This document shows positions 62,910 to 64,000 of a stretch of 64,000 nt of DNA, in pieces (within the stretch, counting starts at the first letter, position 1; the number at the start of each line of letters is the position of its first letter). The notes below the pieces were generated by a model. The model did not search any database. It worked only from the letters and a program-made list of their open reading frames with translations, and was not told the DNA's origin. The stretch is taken from NCBI GenBank assembly GCA_965226885.1, contig CBDDEL010000012.1, forward strand, positions 377,819-441,818. The letters are read 5' to 3'. A program made the translations under genes and the position numbers. The DNA is from Opitutales bacterium (lineage in GTDB: Bacteria > Verrucomicrobiota > Verrucomicrobiia > Opitutales > UBA2987).

Positions 62910-63491
62910 TCAGGATTCGGTGGCGGCCAGTTCCCGGGCAGCCGATTCGCTGAATTGGGTCTTGTCCTGCTCGGTGAGTTCCTTGCGCAGCACCTTTCCG
63001 GTGGTCAGCACGACCAGGCGGGCGATTTCCTGCCGCACCTCGGAGAACATGGCAATGCGTTCCTGGGAAATCCTCTGCTCGGCCTTCTTTAGTATCTGCT
63101 CGGCCTTGGCGATGGCTTCCTGGGAATTCTTTTCCATCATAACCTTGGCGCTCTGGCGTGTTTCTTCGAGAATTTGTTTAGCCTCCTCGCGTGCTTGGCG
63201 AAGGGTTTCGGCCTCCTTCTTTTCAGCTTCGGCCAGCTTTGTTTTCATCTCTTCGGCATATTGGAGCCCTTCCGCAATCTTCTGTTGCCGCTGGTCCACC
63301 GTGGCCAGAATGGGTTTGAAAGCAAAGCGGTAGAGGATGAACGCGACGATGCAGAAGTTGATGATCTGCGCGATGAGGAACGGCCACTCGACATGGAACT
63401 GGTTGGCCAGGTCCACAATCGGATTGCCGCTGGCTTGGGATGCATCGTGAGCAGCCGATTCGGCCACAGCAAGAATGTTGTTTATTCTCAT
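62910..63491 (-). CDS. atpF: ATP synthase b subunit
   Basis: AQIINF..FAFKPI..RQQKI followed by a coiled coil. Confidence 0.95.
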   Translation of the reverse strand: MRINNILAVAESAAHDASQASGNPIVDLANQFHVEWPFLIAQIINFCIVAFILYRFAFKPILATVDQRQQKIAEGLQYAEEMKTKLAEAEKKEAETLRQAREEAKQILEETRQSAKVMMEKNSQEAIAKAEQILKKAEQRISQERIAMFSEVRQEIARLVVLTTGKVLRKELTEQDKTQFSESAARELAATES

Positions 63492-63565
63492 ATCGAATCA
63501 AAGTTAAGAAAGCGCGGCCCGCGGCCGGGAGACAGCCCAACCGCGCTCCCCATTGAAGAAAGGGT

Positions 63566-63784
63566 TTACGGGCCGGTATTGTTGAGAAAGATGGCGTAGA
63601 ATGCCACAGCCTCAGCCAAAGCCATTCCGATAATAGCCTGGACCAGGATTTTCCCCGAAGCATCGGGGTTGCGGCCCACTGCTTCCGCGCCTTTCATGCC
63701 GACCAGCCCTACGCCGATGGCGGCGCCGATGCATCCCAGGCCGCCCTGTATGCTGCCGTATATTTCTGCTAATAAGTGAATCAT
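63566..63784 (-). CDS. atpE: ATP synthase c subunit (H+ type)
   Basis: GAAIGVG, RNP loop and ALAEA; lacks the Na+ Q..ES/T signature. Confidence 0.96.
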   Translation of the reverse strand: MIHLLAEIYGSIQGGLGCIGAAIGVGLVGMKGAEAVGRNPDASGKILVQAIIGMALAEAVAFYAIFLNNTGP

Positions 63785-63950
63785 ATCTTCTCTTGTCTAG
63801 GTTTTGGTGTTCCTTCTTTGCTTTGCGTTGTGTTGTCTTTATTTATGAGTTCTCAACCGCCCTTTGGCCGCGTTTTGCGGCTGCCGCGGGATGTTTCTGA
63901 TTGAAAATTGGTTTTCTCCTATCCTGCCTGTCCTTTATTTTATGGATTGA

Positions 63951-64000
63951 TTAATGGGCGTGTTCCGGACCTTCATGATTGCAAATCAATCCAATGTAAA
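63951..64000 (-). CDS. atpB: ATP synthase a subunit, 3' end only
   Basis: ...YIGLICNHEGPEHAH* directly upstream of atpE. Confidence 0.7.
   Translation of the reverse strand, partial: YIGLICNHEGPEHAH

Noticed and set aside
63566..63784. Na+-translocating ATP synthase
   Set aside because: The c subunit has EAV rather than the Q...ES(T) Na+-binding signature.

Overview
Bacterial window, most likely Verrucomicrobiota (Opitutia-like). This is inferred from the short-delta atp operon, the Chlamydia/PVC-type nrdAB and an 'AQDEEEEL' exported-protein N-terminus; no database search was run. Housekeeping content: a Moco cluster (moaA divergent from moeA-moaC-mobA-moaD-malic enzyme-moaE), gnd, rsmE/rsmD/rsmE, tRNA-Pro(GGG), guaC, nrdBA with tandem NrdR boxes, an ECF sigma module, ggt and most of the F1Fo ATPase operon. 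The first ~42 kb is heavily disturbed. It holds six IS elements with readable ends (five with 4-9 bp target duplications, plus an IS630 with TA ends), one solo IS end and at least seven frameshifted or interrupted genes. Top findings: (1) an integrase-less integron remnant with a well-formed attC hairpin between a PepE-like cassette and an EEP lipoprotein cassette; (2) two paralogous ~120-nt candidate sRNAs, each with an ECF/sigmaE-like promoter, a shared 24-nt GU-rich core and a terminator-like hairpin, plus a 12-nt antisense match to the start of an exported-protein mRNA in this window; (3) a recurring signature of 4-22 bp tandem duplications that accounts for several frameshifts (moaE, sulfatase, IPTL-CTERM gene); (4) a tyrosyl-radical-less, class Ic-like (Mn/Fe) ribonucleotide reductase R2 with Leu at the radical position.
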